Below the pieces are notes generated by a model, which was not told the DNA's origin, did no database searches, and saw only the letters and a list, made by a program, of their open reading frames with translations. Positions 27,701 through 42,700 of a stretch of DNA of 64,000 nt are shown piece after piece. Made by a program: the position numbers and the translations under genes. How positions within the stretch are numbered: position 1 is the first letter of the stretch; every line of letters starts with the position of its first letter. Origin of the DNA: Tubiluchus corallicola (lineage: Eukaryota > Animalia > Priapulida); NCBI GenBank assembly GCA_030141605.1, contig JAQGDQ010000134.1:456816-520815 (forward strand), in the 5' to 3' direction.

Positions 27701-30700
27701 AGACAACAATGCAGTAGGAGATGATTTCCTCGTCATACTGTTCCAGCATCCGACCGCATTCCACGCAGCGGTCAATCACTGTATCCTCGTTAAATCGCGC
27801 GCTCGTGGAGAGACTGGTCAGTTTTTTACTACTGGACGTACTGGTACTGTGCTGGTCACGAAAAGCGTCTGATCGCTTGCCTTTCCTAAATAATTTAAAT
27901 TATTTGGTACTATTATACAGTATACTCCACTTGGTGCAAAGCTAGATGTATTTATTAAGCAGCTGGATTTACCCTACTAAGTAGCATTTTCCACATTATT
28001 TTAGTGCATATTGTTTATTTATAACCAATAACGAAGCCGGTACACTTAGCACTAGGTAAATTGCTCGTGAAATGTTTTTAAGTAAAATGCAATAATTTAT
28101 TAGCATTTGTATAACTAAATAACTCGCGTAAAGTATGTTTACATATGATGTCTTTATGCTTTACATTTGATAAGCTGCTCGCCAAGTTAAAAAATGGCGA
28201 TACATGTAACTTTATTATCAGCGATGACTCAGCATTCGATTATTTAAGTCAATGACATTCTCGCACACAGTGGCTTATCAATTATCAGCAAGTTAGTTTA
28301 ACCTAATTAGATATCTCGTCGTGTGCTTGACAGACCATTCTGCATTGTAACGTGTAAATTGGATCATTAAAGACAAAGAGTTGAGTGGAAAAAATGTGGC
28401 GTAAAACATACTAAGAGCAAAAATGCTGGTCTGGCTCAACTTGAAACGCGGGGCAATTGTGCGGTCCCACATCACAATCATCTTGTCTTGGCAGCACACC
28501 CAGGCGGTTTTATAAAGAGCAGTTTGGATTCAATGAAAGGTGAAGTTTACTATGTTAAATCATTACACAGTTCACTTCCAGCCATAACAGCTATAATAAA
28601 TGGCTAGATTTATTATACCTGGATTTACTAAGTGAATTCTACTGTATAGCATATGTATACAACATAAAAATGCGGCAAAACCAGCTTCAAACGTAGAAAA
28701 GAATACAACTCAGCTAACTGGAAAGCAACTTAAGACAGCTAGTGACTCATTTTTTTATACCTGGATGGCTTAGCGGAACTTGGATCCAACGAGAGTTCCT
28801 TGAGCTCAGGTAACGTCTTCTGTATATCCAGCCCGCCGAGACCAGCCTTGCGTTTCTTCTGACGAAATTGGGGCAAACGTCCTTTCTTCTGATCTACACA
28901 GTGAAATAAATACTTATAATTTTCATTTCTGAATTTAACAAAAAAGTTTCCAATATCTTTCTGCAAACACTTAAATAGTTTATCTATAGATGTCAGTTTT
29001 ATGTAAAGATGAAGACTTAATTATTTGACTTGGCAATTTCAGCAAAAAACAAAAAAAGTCACAAAAAATACACATTTTTGAATTTGGCATTTACAAATTT
29101 TTGCCTGGATTTTACCAAAATCCACAAAAAAACAAAGAATGACATTTTTATAAACAATTCTATAGCTTCACTTTGTTTAAAGTTTTATGATTGTTTAACG
29201 ACGGAGGAAGATTCAGTAACTTTTTATAAAATTTATAAATTTATAGATTGGGCAATTTGTTTGCTAATCTAGGGGATTTCGTATACTCCAGAAAACACTA
29301 TTGAGTTTGTAAGGTACTCTGTAAGTTAAAAATTATTATAATGTACACTTATAATAGTCTCTTCCTATAGACAGTCGAGGCATTCTATAAAAATAATAAG
29401 AAATCTATAAGAATCTACCTTACTATAAGAAATCTTATGAATGTTTTGTTTACTGTTAGGTATCCGTACTTGAAAATCTAAATAAGGGATATGTCAGATA
29501 CAAGTTTTTAAAAACAGCTATCAAATGGTATACAAAGAATTTTAGTGCAGCATCTTACCATAATTAAAAAACCTCATTTAATCTGTAGAAACTGATTATT
29601 AACTTTGGTTGCTCACTAAAAATATGTCACTAAAATAATTTCAATCTTCAGAGCATTTTATGAAACTGATAAAAATCTTCTGAAAAATCCAAACCAATTA
29701 ATTCCAGATAATTATTATTTAAAACAATTTAAAATCATTTTAAATTTCAGAACATTTTAGGAAATTGATAAAAAACTTTTTGAAAAATCCAAAACCAACT
29801 AATTCTTGATAAAAAAATACTCTTTTACTTGCAATGAACATAAATTGTTACCCTCTTTGTCAGATGGTTGCGGGAAAAGAGATTTTGGTCTTGAATCTTT
29901 TTTAGCTTTCGGTTCTTCACTCAAACTCTCCACGGACTCCATCGAAAGAACACGGGGAGATTCCAGTTTCCTCTGACCACTCAGATCTTCCATGGAATCC
30001 AGGGAATGGAGAACCGTAGTACGCGGAGTAGACATCCCAGGCTTCGCAAGGTTCTCTGCACTGTCCAAAGAGTGCAGCACCATCGGCTGTAGCTGCACAG
30101 TTTTACCGGAAACGTTTTCCATGCTTCCCATCGAGTGCATGACGGTCGTTCGTGGAGGTGTGGGGCTTTCACTGCCGCCACGCTTTTTGCCCGCTCCACG
30201 TTGCTTTCCACGACTGGTCAAGTCTTCCATACTATCCAGGGAATGTAATTCCATAGCCTGAGCCTGTACTGGCTGGAGCATTCTGGGTGAGCCGCTACGA
30301 GGACTCCGAGATAAATCCTCCATGCTTTGCATAGAATGCATGACCACGCCCCGTTTCTGAGACATGTCCTCAATACTGTCAAATGAATGTAACGCCATGG
30401 ACTGTAAAGGTCCTGCTGATGCGTGACCCAAATTCTCTGTGCTACCAAACGAATGCATGACCGTTGGTTGCACGCTGACACTTTGTCCGCCTCGTATGTC
30501 CTCTGCGCTGCCAATGGAATGAAGAATGGTGGGATGCATGACATTCATGCATCCCGACTGTTGCTGGTCAAGAGAATGCAGCACATCCACTTTTATTGGA
30601 GATATGACACTTCCGTTGCCTACTTTTACAGGCTCCATAATCTGAAACCGGTCCGCCGAGTCATCAACCACTTTAGGACTGACAACTGTAGCTCTTACTA

Positions 30701-33700
30701 ATCCTAAAATATAAAGAAATACTTGAGCACTTGGTTGTTCGCAGGTCATTCAAAAAGAATGTATGACATCTTTGTGCATAAAAAGAAATTGTCTAATGAA
30801 AAATCAATACTAAATTCATGTATTCATGACCTTATAAACCTTTGCATTTTACCATTATACATCTAGTCACGGAAATTCCACAAGACACATTGTAAAAAGA
30901 TGACGACACTGTCAGGTGAAATTGCATTAACTTGTTTACTTAAGCACAGATGGCACAGTAAACCAAACTCATTATTCAATGAACCAATACGTCTACCTAA
31001 TTGGCACCTATTGGAATATTTGCGACAATGTTTTCACTTAGAGTCGCAATGCTAGATTGTGGCATTTTTTGGTCTCTCTTGTATCCAGTCATAATAAAAA
31101 ATGTGTGAGTTGACTATACAGTTTAATGCCATAATGTTCAAACTATATTTTTTTTGTTCAATGTTGATCTTCATGTTTGTATTAGAAAACTGAAAATGGA
31201 TGAATGGTTTCATTGTGCCAAAAACATTAATTTTGACAACAAATACGCATATTGACAAACAGTAACTGACTTAACGACTCACTGACTCAAACAACAGCAA
31301 ATAAATAACTTACCTGATTCAGGTATATCTGCTGGTTCTACCATTTTCACCTGTTGACTACCGATGTAATTAGGGCTGATTCTCACGGCACCAACGTTAT
31401 TCAAGCCTGAGCTGACCGTGACTGCTCCGGGGTGCACCAAGCTACTGGACACACCCATTGGTTCCATTACTGTTGGTTGCACAACCTAAATTAGCAAACA
31501 TTACAAGATATACAGGAACACTAATACAGGGTGTGCCAAAAGGAGTAATGCAGTAGAAATATTACATACATTACATAAGCATAACAAAATGAATAAAGGC
31601 TTCTTTATTATGACACAATAAACACGTAAAAAATAGCATTATATTTTTACACCCTTATTTGTACGTCCTTATTCCAATTTATTTTTACAGCAAAACTTGG
31701 TATGATCTTGATATGATACTTAGTGAAATTATGGTACAATGCTTGCGGCATTTGTAATTGCACCATTTCTGTTAGAATATCCTGAAGTTCTATTATGAAG
31801 TTGAGATTTTTTTGCATATAAATCCAACCTGCTTTAAAATACCAAACTGGCAAATTTATTAACAGTAAGACGACCTTAAGACAGAACACTGTAATCACTA
31901 ATAACCTGAAAGGCACCAACAGGATCCATTGCACCAAACATTCTCGCAGTGGTAGCTTTTGGTGCCAGCTCGGATGAAACCACCACCTTTGCCGGTTCCT
32001 CAAATAACGCCCTTGCTTGGACCGGTTCAGAAAGTTGCGCTCGCTCAATTCCAAAGCCTGGTCGACTTACGCCAACTTGTGAATCCATAGATACCACGGT
32101 GGGCTTGACAGAAACAGCTTGTGCCTGAACCTAGTGAGATGGACAATTACGTTGTAAGATTGCGCTTACCGCAATTCTTAAAGCTTAATCGCAATAATAT
32201 TTGAAAAAGTGAAAAATGCCTTAACAAAGTTGTCAATGTAATTAGCTTGTCACAACCTTAATTTTAATACTGATAAACATAAAATAATTACATTCTACCA
32301 AATTTATGTATCCAGAAGCTGTGTACACTAATGCATTTTTGTAACAAAGAATTTACAACCTAAATTGAAAGCTTTTTAGTGGATTCATCATACTTTTTTA
32401 CAAGACACAAAAGCAAAAAGTCAAACCTCTCATACATTCACAATGGTACAGACAAATTATAGTAACTCAGTTTCTTAGTTTCTGCGTTACTCTGTTACTC
32501 ACTTTTTGCATGTTACTTATTTAATTACTACCGATAGAGTACCGAATGTCTATGAAATGAAGTAACTATAACTACTCACATGAGAAGGCTCTATGAACTG
32601 CAATGGCTCGCTAGTTTCGAACCCATGTAAAGCATCATGTTGTTCATCCCTGCCTTGTTCGTATGACTCATCAAATGCCTTTAGTTCTTCGGCCATTTGG
32701 CATTCGACTCTCATAGCTGTGTCGTAGGTAACGCAGTGAACCTAAAATATTAAAATACATTTAGAAGAATAACTAAATTCTTCAAAATAAAATTTTATTG
32801 CTAACCGGCTTCGAACAATGCATCCAACTTCCAACAATTAAGATATCTACCTAAAAGCAAAGAAATTTTACCAGTATGTACAAACAATTCAGAAGTACAA
32901 TTCAGTAGTTAACAGCCGATGTTGTTTGATATATATGGATAATTTAATAATTTACCTTCAGACTACATATCTTAATCAGCATGAAATTGTTTTACTACTC
33001 CAGAAACAAAACATTATATTAGTAGTAAGTGTAATTTTACAACAGAAGTGTAAAATTCAGAACAGGGAAGCTAAAATTTTGGTATTGAACTCCGAGAAAC
33101 ACGATGCACTGTTGGTGCTGTACAAACTTAAGTGCATTTCAGCAGTAGAGAGTGCACATACTCTTCTTTGCTGTTTAGCTTAGGTCCGATGCCTAATTTT
33201 AGTGTTGCTCCGGATATCCGATTCGTATCTGAAAATGGAGACATTCGCGAGATTCTACAAGTATTCGTATCCGATATTATCCAGTAGTTATAGAAATTTG
33301 ATATTCGAAAATATTCGCTATCCGGTTTTTGTGATGTGCAATTAAAAATGGTTTTCACACAATTTAACGATCGAAAATAACTAAATAAAATATTACCAAA
33401 AAACTTAGAGATTGTTTTAGCTGGAAGTCAATTTGAGGAAATATTCGATGATATCCGGTATTTGCTATCCGGCAAAAAAGTGTATCCGGAGCAACGTTAC
33501 CTAATTTCTTTGTTCTTAGATGCCTTGATAATGAACAGCATAGTTCGAAACCGGATGGCAATAAAATTCCATTTTGCAGAAGTAGCATATATTTCAAAAA
33601 AGTTTTGCACAATCCTAACAAAACTGTATATAATCAACAAAAACGATAACTGGAGCAAGAGATTTATCTTTGGGAAATCAAAGTATTAGTAAATCACCAG

Positions 33701-36700
33701 ACACAAAACAATTGTAAAAAAACAAAATCACAAAACGTTTAAACACCTGACGTAATCCTCAGTTGTAAGCGTTCAAAGAATACACATTTGTAGTTAGCAA
33801 ACCAGAAAGTAAGGTCGACTTTGCAGGGAATTTACAAACCTTTAAATCTTCTTCGTCATCAGCCAAGCTGGCTTCTTTTTCCAAAGTACGTTTAGCTCTC
33901 TCTAGTGTCTCCAAGGTTTTCACTTCTGTGACACGAGGAGCAATGGCTATAGGCTTCATTGTTAGAGATTCTAATTCTTCGACATCTTCTTCCACATCAT
34001 CATAGTTTTCTCTAAACAACGAGAAACAACATTACTCTAAATAAACAAACAAACAAACAAACAATGTTACAAGTGGTTCATTGCTTGCTCTGAATGCCTC
34101 TATTTCCAGCATTTACTAAAACAGTTATAGAGTTGCAAAGCTTATCATGTCACAGCTACTTTTTAAAGATAAAAATTTGTTATTGACATGCAATTGGTGA
34201 GATTTTGGCATACTTCTTCACATTATGACATTCATCCATAAATGGCAAACAAGACTGTAAACACAAACACAAATAATGAAGTATAGTCCAAGTTATTTAA
34301 ACCACGGTCAAAGCCAAAAGTAAGACCAATTACAAGTAAATATGTTAAGGATATTTTTAATTGCTATACCAAAGTCAGTTAATCAAACTCAAAGATCCAA
34401 CGGCCATAAATGCTGTAAAAAAATTGGCATTTATAGTTTTTGCATGACCTTTAGTCAGTACAACATTATTAACAATATAATTTAGCTGACTGTTGATTTA
34501 CAAGAATCAGTAATAAAAATACATTTTCCAACATTTGCAAAATAAGTAAATTCAGAACAAATGCCTCCTAACTTACCTGTTGCGATCCCACTGAGAACCA
34601 GGGCCACCCGCATTGGGATCAGCCTTCTCCGAGGTTGGAGTCTGTGGAGGAGTGTCGCCTTCCTGTATGTTTTCGAGGTCACCTATAGACAAGTTGCTGA
34701 CGTCTAAAAATGTGGACAAAAAAACACGTGATGACGAACAAGCAGGCACTAAGACATCCAGCTAAAGTGTCAAGCGAGACAAAAATGCTGCTGCACGGTG
34801 CAGATTGTACCAGTTTAACTGATTAACTGCTAGCCGAATAACAGATGTTATATCACTGGTAGTTAATGAGTTAAATAATGAATGTTACACAATACTGACT
34901 GACAGTGTTTACTTATTATGCACTCAGTTCATCTACCAAGGTTTGACACTAATGTGCTGTGCGATCGTATCAGTAATGTTAGAAGAAAACGAAGAACACT
35001 TTTCTAATGCAACTATTATTGATTGTACACACACACAAAATCCAACAAAATTTGTGAAACAATGAATATTTTTACTGCTCACTTTTCTAAAACAATAAAG
35101 CACGTTAATACAAAATCACTGTCACTGTTAACGCCTTGCAACAGTCTACGCACTTAAAAAGTTTTATACTTCTTTCGACTGCATCTAATGGGCCGCTCAG
35201 ATGTTTTACCTGCATAATGCAATATTGTCAGTGAGCCTTGCAACATATACGGCTTGGGCTTAGTGTTAATGCTGTTTAATAACGTGTTACCTTCATAGTT
35301 ACTGAATAAAAAAAAACTTTTATTTTTTAGCAAAACTGGAAATTATTCACACTTGTAAAATATTTTTGGAATGGATCTGTGATGGGGAAAACAAAGTCTT
35401 AAAATAAAAATGACAGCCAGCACCCACTTAAGAAAAGACATGACTTTTATTCAGCCATCTGCAACAGAGACTGTTGTAGACGTTGTATCTGAATAAAACC
35501 CATGACCCATGTTTTTTCTTAAGTGGGTGCTGGCTGTCATTTTTATTTTTGGAACAGTGTACAATGAAATTTCTTACACCGCAGACATGATGAACGGAAT
35601 TTGCCTTGTACATTTTGTGCACGAGGCAAGTAAAAATGCTTTTTTCTTTGAAAAGACAAACATCCAAATTGTATAATGCACTGTTTATTATTAGAATAGT
35701 TAGCACCAATTTCGAGTACATAGGAAAGTTATGTAACACTTAATAGTTGACAGCAACAATATTAGTTCACGTGTGCTATAAGTTAGAAGAGTAGTATGAA
35801 CATATACAGCTATACACAACATATGTTTGAATACATGACATAACTTTTCTAGCTTTGAATCAACAACATAGATGTGAACTGTGTGTACACAATAGAATGC
35901 CACACAAAAATCATTGTGCAAGTAATAAGTCATATGTGAGTCATTTATTTCACGACACATTTAGACGAGAAGTAATACACACACGTAAAACAAAGTAATT
36001 TTGCAAATAACTTAATAAAGTTGCAGCTTCAGTTCAGTTAGACTAACTCAAACAGTTTAGATTTTAAGTTCTTCCAACGTATTACTTAGATACATACTTG
36101 CTAAAAAAGAAATGGAAAATGACGACTAGACAAAAAAGGGGTAAAATAATGCAAAAAATTCAAACGTGACAGTGAATCGATATCAAGAACAAGTGAAATT
36201 GAAAAAATAAAAAAAAAAATTGGCAAGAATAATGCTGGTACTGAGAAAAATCCAGAACGACAGAAAAGAACAGTTAAGCAGGCAAGAAACGACGATGTTG
36301 AAAATTCGAACAAACTGCAACGTTAACACGACAGCGATGCCCTAATTGAAGAATTTAACGAATCTGAGAAAAAAATGAATACGCCAAGAGCAACCATTAA
36401 GAAAACTACAGCAAAACAGAGAGAAAGAGAGAGTTTTACAGTCTACCTGAATCCATGTGTAGGTCTGTTTTGGGTGCAGGCAAAATAAAAATCACAACAA
36501 ACTACAGCGGTGAATAAGACTAAAAACTGTGATTGAGTGGTGCAGAACAAACCCTAACAGAGTGTGTGGTAAAAGCTACATGTAGGTGTGTAAGTGTATG
36601 GGGAGTGAAAAGGGTCAGAGTGCTTTCAAAACTAGGTGTCGTGCAGAGTAAAGGATAAATCCATTAAAAAATTGTAATTTAGTTAGCAAACAGAATTTTA

Positions 36701-39700
36701 CTCGGAATATAAAAACAATCACTGTTAGATTATAACTGACTGTATACCAAGTTTATGATTTCAATATGGCAAATCTTTGAAAAATTATGCAATGGTGCAG
36801 TGTATAGTTAATAAAATTATAAGACGGAAGTTTATTTTTTCTCACTTGCCCTTAATAAACAAATAAATTCAAGACGTGAAAAAGGGTTAAAATTTTTGCC
36901 AAGATACTGTTTTTGGTAAAATATCCGAAAGACAACAATAAAATTATATGATACAAATACCATTTATTAGACTTACAAGTAAGCAGGTACGTACCTGATT
37001 TGCCGCGAGATCTGGGAAAACTAGGCGTACCCGGTAGGGTGTCATCCCCAGTGTCCTGCAATTGCCGACAGACGTGGTGCTGAGCCACCAGCGTGTTGAT
37101 CACTAGCTGTACCAGAGTCGACACCTGCTCATTAATCGGTGCTTGATCATAGCGATACTGCAAGGTAGTTTAAAAATAGGATGTCGCCGGATTATTAGAG
37201 CAAAATCTGCTGTCCAGTTCATTTATACATTATTTATAAAAACATTAATTCTGTACCTTGTAGAGAATGATGATGAGAGACATAAGCCAGACTTGGCGCT
37301 GATGTGGTTCCAGGTACCAGAGTGTATAGTTAGGTGGCTGATAATCGCTGGCATAGCGTTGCGGAGATGGAGCGTATGCCAGAATCAACAGAGAAATGGG
37401 TAGTATTGTCTGCCCTAACTTCATATTACAATCCAGTATCTGAAAATAAGGGACAAAAAATGATTTAAGCACCTCGTCCCACCAAAAATGCAACCATGTG
37501 TGATTACTTGCCTAACTATCTGCTAATCAAACCTGCCCAAATCCAACAAGTATCAATTTCAGTTAAAAACAAAATTAAACAAAGCAAAGGTAGAATATTT
37601 CTAATGACAAATTCCATTTCTAAGTAGACTAAGTTCTATGGTGGAATGAACCATAATTAATAAAAAGATTTCCGATAATGTCAGTATCTTGGTAAAAAGT
37701 GTGTTTAACAGCTATGTATAAAGGGTTTGTTACATTACATCAGTTTTGTCATTTGACCGACCAAACGTAACAATAATTACCTTCCTGTTTATGTGAATCT
37801 GTTTTAGTAAAGGTTAGTCACACTACGAATATGCCGTAGCTGCCAACCAATACGTGCTAAAATAATTGTGAAAAACTAAACTGGTGTTTACCTGTCATCA
37901 GGAATGTGTATGCGATATGCGGAATAGATAACATCAGCTTATATTGTTTTCAATGCACCCGTTTGTCTGCAACTATTTTCTACAGATTTTTATACACAGC
38001 TATTCCACAGGTGGATAATGCATAATGCATTCTGGATGCCAGGTAAACACCTCATTAACCTGATTAATATTTTTAGTATAGAAATTTAATTTCAATAAAA
38101 GTCACTGAACGTACGGCCGGAAGCCCAGAAAGAAAAGCGTTAAAAACAGTCGAACATCTAAGCTTGTACGGCGGTACAGCAAACATCTTTTCATTCTGAT
38201 TGTAACCCAGCAACACATTTAGATGACGTAGAACTAGATTCTGCAGCTTCCCAGTTTTCTTCACGTCTGTACCGAGAACGTAGTTTGGCTCTGCCATAAA
38301 CTAAAAATGCAATAAATATACATCAACTGTGGTAAAGCTTTTCGGCTACTACTGCAGTGATTTGCATTTACATAATGGAAAAAAAACACCGAAATTTAGG
38401 CTCCATTAAAATAAGCAAATGAAATTATTTTGCAAATTTCTAGAAAAGGTGAAACAATCAGCGCAATAAGTAATTCACCAGTAGGCGAGGTGACTGGTGG
38501 ACATTGCCAGATAGTACTTTAGTTCCTAAGATAAGCACTAGGTGCTTTACCTAGTGGTAGCGAAGTGTGACTGGCAACCATTGTCAAGAATGCCACCGAT
38601 GTGAATCAAGGTCAGTTTTGGTATAAACATCCAACTGAGTAGTGTGATTTCACCTGGTGGTGTAGGTCAGGGATAGTGTGCTCGCCTGATGTATGCGGGA
38701 CGTCATGGACTTCAACTCCCAACTGAGTCATACGAAAAATTGGTACCGCAGGTGCTTTGACCAAGTACACGAGTTTATCGGAGTAACATGCGGGTAATAA
38801 TAATCTGGACCATCTTGGGACCAGTATTGAGTTACTTAAGGCGTTATCCCTGGACTGTGTCCTAAATGTAATTATTATTATTATTATAGTAGACCCCTGC
38901 AGGTGAATGCTGCATCTAGGTTTCCTGTCCATTTTGTAATACATCCTAACCCAAGTAGAATAAATTCTAATACAGTTTTAAACATGTAGTGACACAAAAA
39001 GTGTTGTAAATGCATTACCTTGCAGAGTAAAGTTACAATGAAGTGAACGGTTTCACGGTCGACACCATTCAGATCCATAGCTTTATGCAGCATCGCTGCA
39101 AAGTTACTCTCATCATCGGTGAACTCCCGGAGGTGACCACCTTGAAATCGACAGCAGGTTAAATGCATTTGTACTCAGTGAAATACGATCCCCAAAAATT
39201 CTTAAAAAATAAGTAAGAGAACAAGATAAAAAATTGGTTTATGCAATGGAATTTTATCATCTGCTGCATTGCGAGATAGTACTTTAGTTCCTAGTACATC
39301 CAAGGTTTACAATAATTCTGCACCATTCCAAAACGTTAGAATACTTTTGCATAAAAGATTATACTTCCAGGATGCTTTTAGTAAATTAAGTCTCTATACA
39401 CTACACTGGGAGCCAATGTTTAATCAATTTAATATTCATACGTAAAACATTGATTAGTACATTGTCAGAAATATTACGTTGCACAAAAATGTTACGTAAC
39501 ATCAGAAAGAAATAAACAAAATGCGCAGAGTATATCAAAAATGCACAAATGCACTTTGAAAAATGCAATTTCACAATGCAAGTAAAATTTCCAAGACAAG
39601 GCACTATTACTTAATGTTACAGACTAACTGAATATTAGGTAATTAGTTACTTGCTAAAAGCTTAAACAAGCTGATCATCAATAGATGAGCTGCAGGACAA

Positions 39701-42700
39701 ACTATTTATCTAACCTAATAATAAAAATGCACTTTAAGTTTTAGTAGCTTACAATGTGTGAGCCAAATTAGTTATCTCTATTAATTTAATAAACAAGTAC
39801 AAGAGGGGCTTCAGGTTTCCTATGGAGTTCAGGAACTAGTCCTGACATGAAAAAGTCCTGAAATGGCACATGTGGTGCAGCAACTAGCATCATGATCTTA
39901 TCTAACCTGGCTTTCATCTAATCTAGTCGAGTCTCATCTAATGAAATTTAAATCTAATCTGATCTAATCTAATCTGATCTATAATTTAATCTAAAGTAAT
40001 GTAATCAAATCTAATCTAATTTACTCTAATGTAATATAACTTGATATAATCTACTCTACTCTACTCTACTCTACTCTACTCTACTCTACTCTACTCTACT
40101 CTACTCTACTCTACTCTACTCTACCCTGCTCTGCTCTGATCTGCTCTACTCTAGGCCAGTCCAGTCTAATATAATTCAATCTAACCTAATTTAATCTAAA
40201 TTAAACTAATAAAGTTCAATCTAATCAATTCCAATCAAGTCCAGTCCAATCCTCTCTAATCTAATAAGATCCAACAAAATGTTATAGAAATGATTTGATT
40301 TGATTTAATCTTGTTATTCCATATGTTACTTTTTTTCAACTGTGCAAAAATCAAAATACTTCTCGGTATCGTGGGACTTACAGAATTATGTTAATTGTAT
40401 ATACCTGTCATTTGCTGAATGTAGCTGCTACCAAACCTTGACGACTTGCGTCGTGGCAACGGCGCCGACACCTGCCGAGCGTAGAACGCGTTCAGGTCTG
40501 CAACATGCATTAGCCAGTCACCAGAAATAAGCACATGCTAATAAAACCCTCGAGAGTAATATCAGCAAACAATAAGATCCAAGCATTAGCAATAATGAGA
40601 GTTAGATCAGGAAATGATTAAGCACCACATGCTGAATAAGGCTTTAGAAAAATAGATTATATTTAAGAATGAAATAGGAAGAATATATTAGGGCCTTAAA
40701 GATTCAGTATAATGGCATGCCTTTGCAAAAGCCAAACGCATTCTATCGTGAATTTTCACGCTGAACACATCCAGAAAAAGGAGCTGGTTACTCAAATGCA
40801 TAGTGAATCATACTTCCAAAAAAGAGGAACAATAGGCAATGTAAGGAATACAAAGGACACACAAAAGCACATGGGCAAAACCAATGGGCACTATCAGTGT
40901 TTAACTTCCAATTTAAAAACAAATAATATTAATAAAAAGACAAAAGTTACTATAATACTAAAAATTAGAACAGCAGATCAGGCTGGTAATTATTACTTAA
41001 GACTATTAATTCTGATCTCTTTGGAGACTTGCATAAATTGAACAACTTTAGTGAAAAAATTGAAAGTGCAAGATATACTAGTAAAGCAATGGCAATCAAA
41101 GGTGTAGTCATTCTGAACTATCAAAAACAACATTATTTAAATAGATTATTAAAAATGAAGCAATCATTAGCCCAAAACCAGTAAGTCACAAGTTAAGAAA
41201 GATATTATTACACTGCTGTCAACTCCATGCAGCATTTACACATACGTAAACAATTTCTACGTCTACCTTTTGCCTGTCGACTGTGCGCAAACAGCATGGC
41301 TCCAGGTGCAGAAACAGTTCTCTGATAAAGTGACTTGCGTCCAAAGTTTGACGACGAAGCCATGGAGCGGACACTTGTACTTCGTGCAACTGCAAATCTT
41401 GCCTTGTTTAGTTTTTTTAGAAATGCGTCATTATCCTGTGAGCTGCCTTTCAAGTCTAAACAAAGCGAGTTATCAGGGGTCACAGAAAGGTCACTGAATA
41501 CTGTCTAAAAAGCAGTAAACATAGCACAGCAAACACAGCAATGCAAAATATGATCAGTTCAGTGATGCAAAACTACAGGCAAGCCAGACATCAACTGTTA
41601 TTTATTATGCAATAATACCCGCGCAACTGTAAAAGTTGCCAAAATAATCAATCTTACACACTAAATGCAGAAAAGGTTATATAAGCAAAATGCAAGGCGG
41701 CACACAAAAACACACTCACACTCAAATTTAAAGGAGATTAGCTACTGCAAAACTGCCAATCTTAGCTGAAAGTGGGTGGCAAGTGAATGCAAAGGGTTGT
41801 ACCTGTTGGATACGCAATCTCACCGCTGTTCTCCAGATCAATCTGCGCTTCCAGACACAGCGCGTCAAACCTGTTGTAAAAGAATTCCCACGACAGAATG
41901 GGCATCGTTTTCAGGCGCCGGAAGAGCTTGAATAGATGTAGTATAATGACGGGACGATCAGCAATTACCGAGTCAAACTGTTGTTCCAGACAGTTGACTA
42001 AACACTGTAATAATGAAGCTTAAATCAAATCAATTACCTAACAATATAGATGGAAACATAATGTTACACTATGGGCAAACGAATGCGCAATTGTTGATTA
42101 ATTACTTGGTGAACTCAAGTACTTTTGCTGTACAATGTCTTTCAAAGTTAACATTGAAAAGAAAAATAACATTTTGAAAAATCAATGTTTGCCAAGTTCT
42201 TTCAATTATTACACCATTTTTACGACACTAAACTGTATAACTCAAAAATAATGTAACGAACTGAAAGTACTCGACAAATACATGCTTTATAGGAAGTTAG
42301 GTTTTTGCTTTCACCTATGGTTTACTTTGGAAGAAGTGATTGTTTTTACCAAGAACAAGCTTTCTTTGATCAAGTCTATATCACGTACAGCTTTCTATAC
42401 TATAGGAGATTCAATTCAACTGCACAGCATCTTGAAAGAAGTGATTGTTTTTACCAAGACCGAGCTTTCTTTGATCAAGTCTATATCACGTACAGCTTTC
42501 TATACTATAGCAGATTCAATTCAACTGTACAGCATCTTGAAAGAAGTGATTGTTTTTACCAAGACCGAGCTTTCTTTGATCAAGTCTATATCACGTACAG
42601 CTTTCTATACTATAGGAGATTCAATTCAACTGCACAGCATCTTGAAAGAAGTGATTGTTTTTACCAAGACCGAGCTTTCTTTGATCAAGTCTATATCATG

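Noticed and set aside
29981-30701. Several overlapping ORFs on both strands
   Set aside because: Shadow frames of the GC-richer 852-nt unc-79 exon.
35170-35209. Possible 40-nt unc-79 micro-exon (VKHLSGPLDAVER)
   Set aside because: Phase 0-1 does not fit the flanking phase-1 junctions without another unseen exon.
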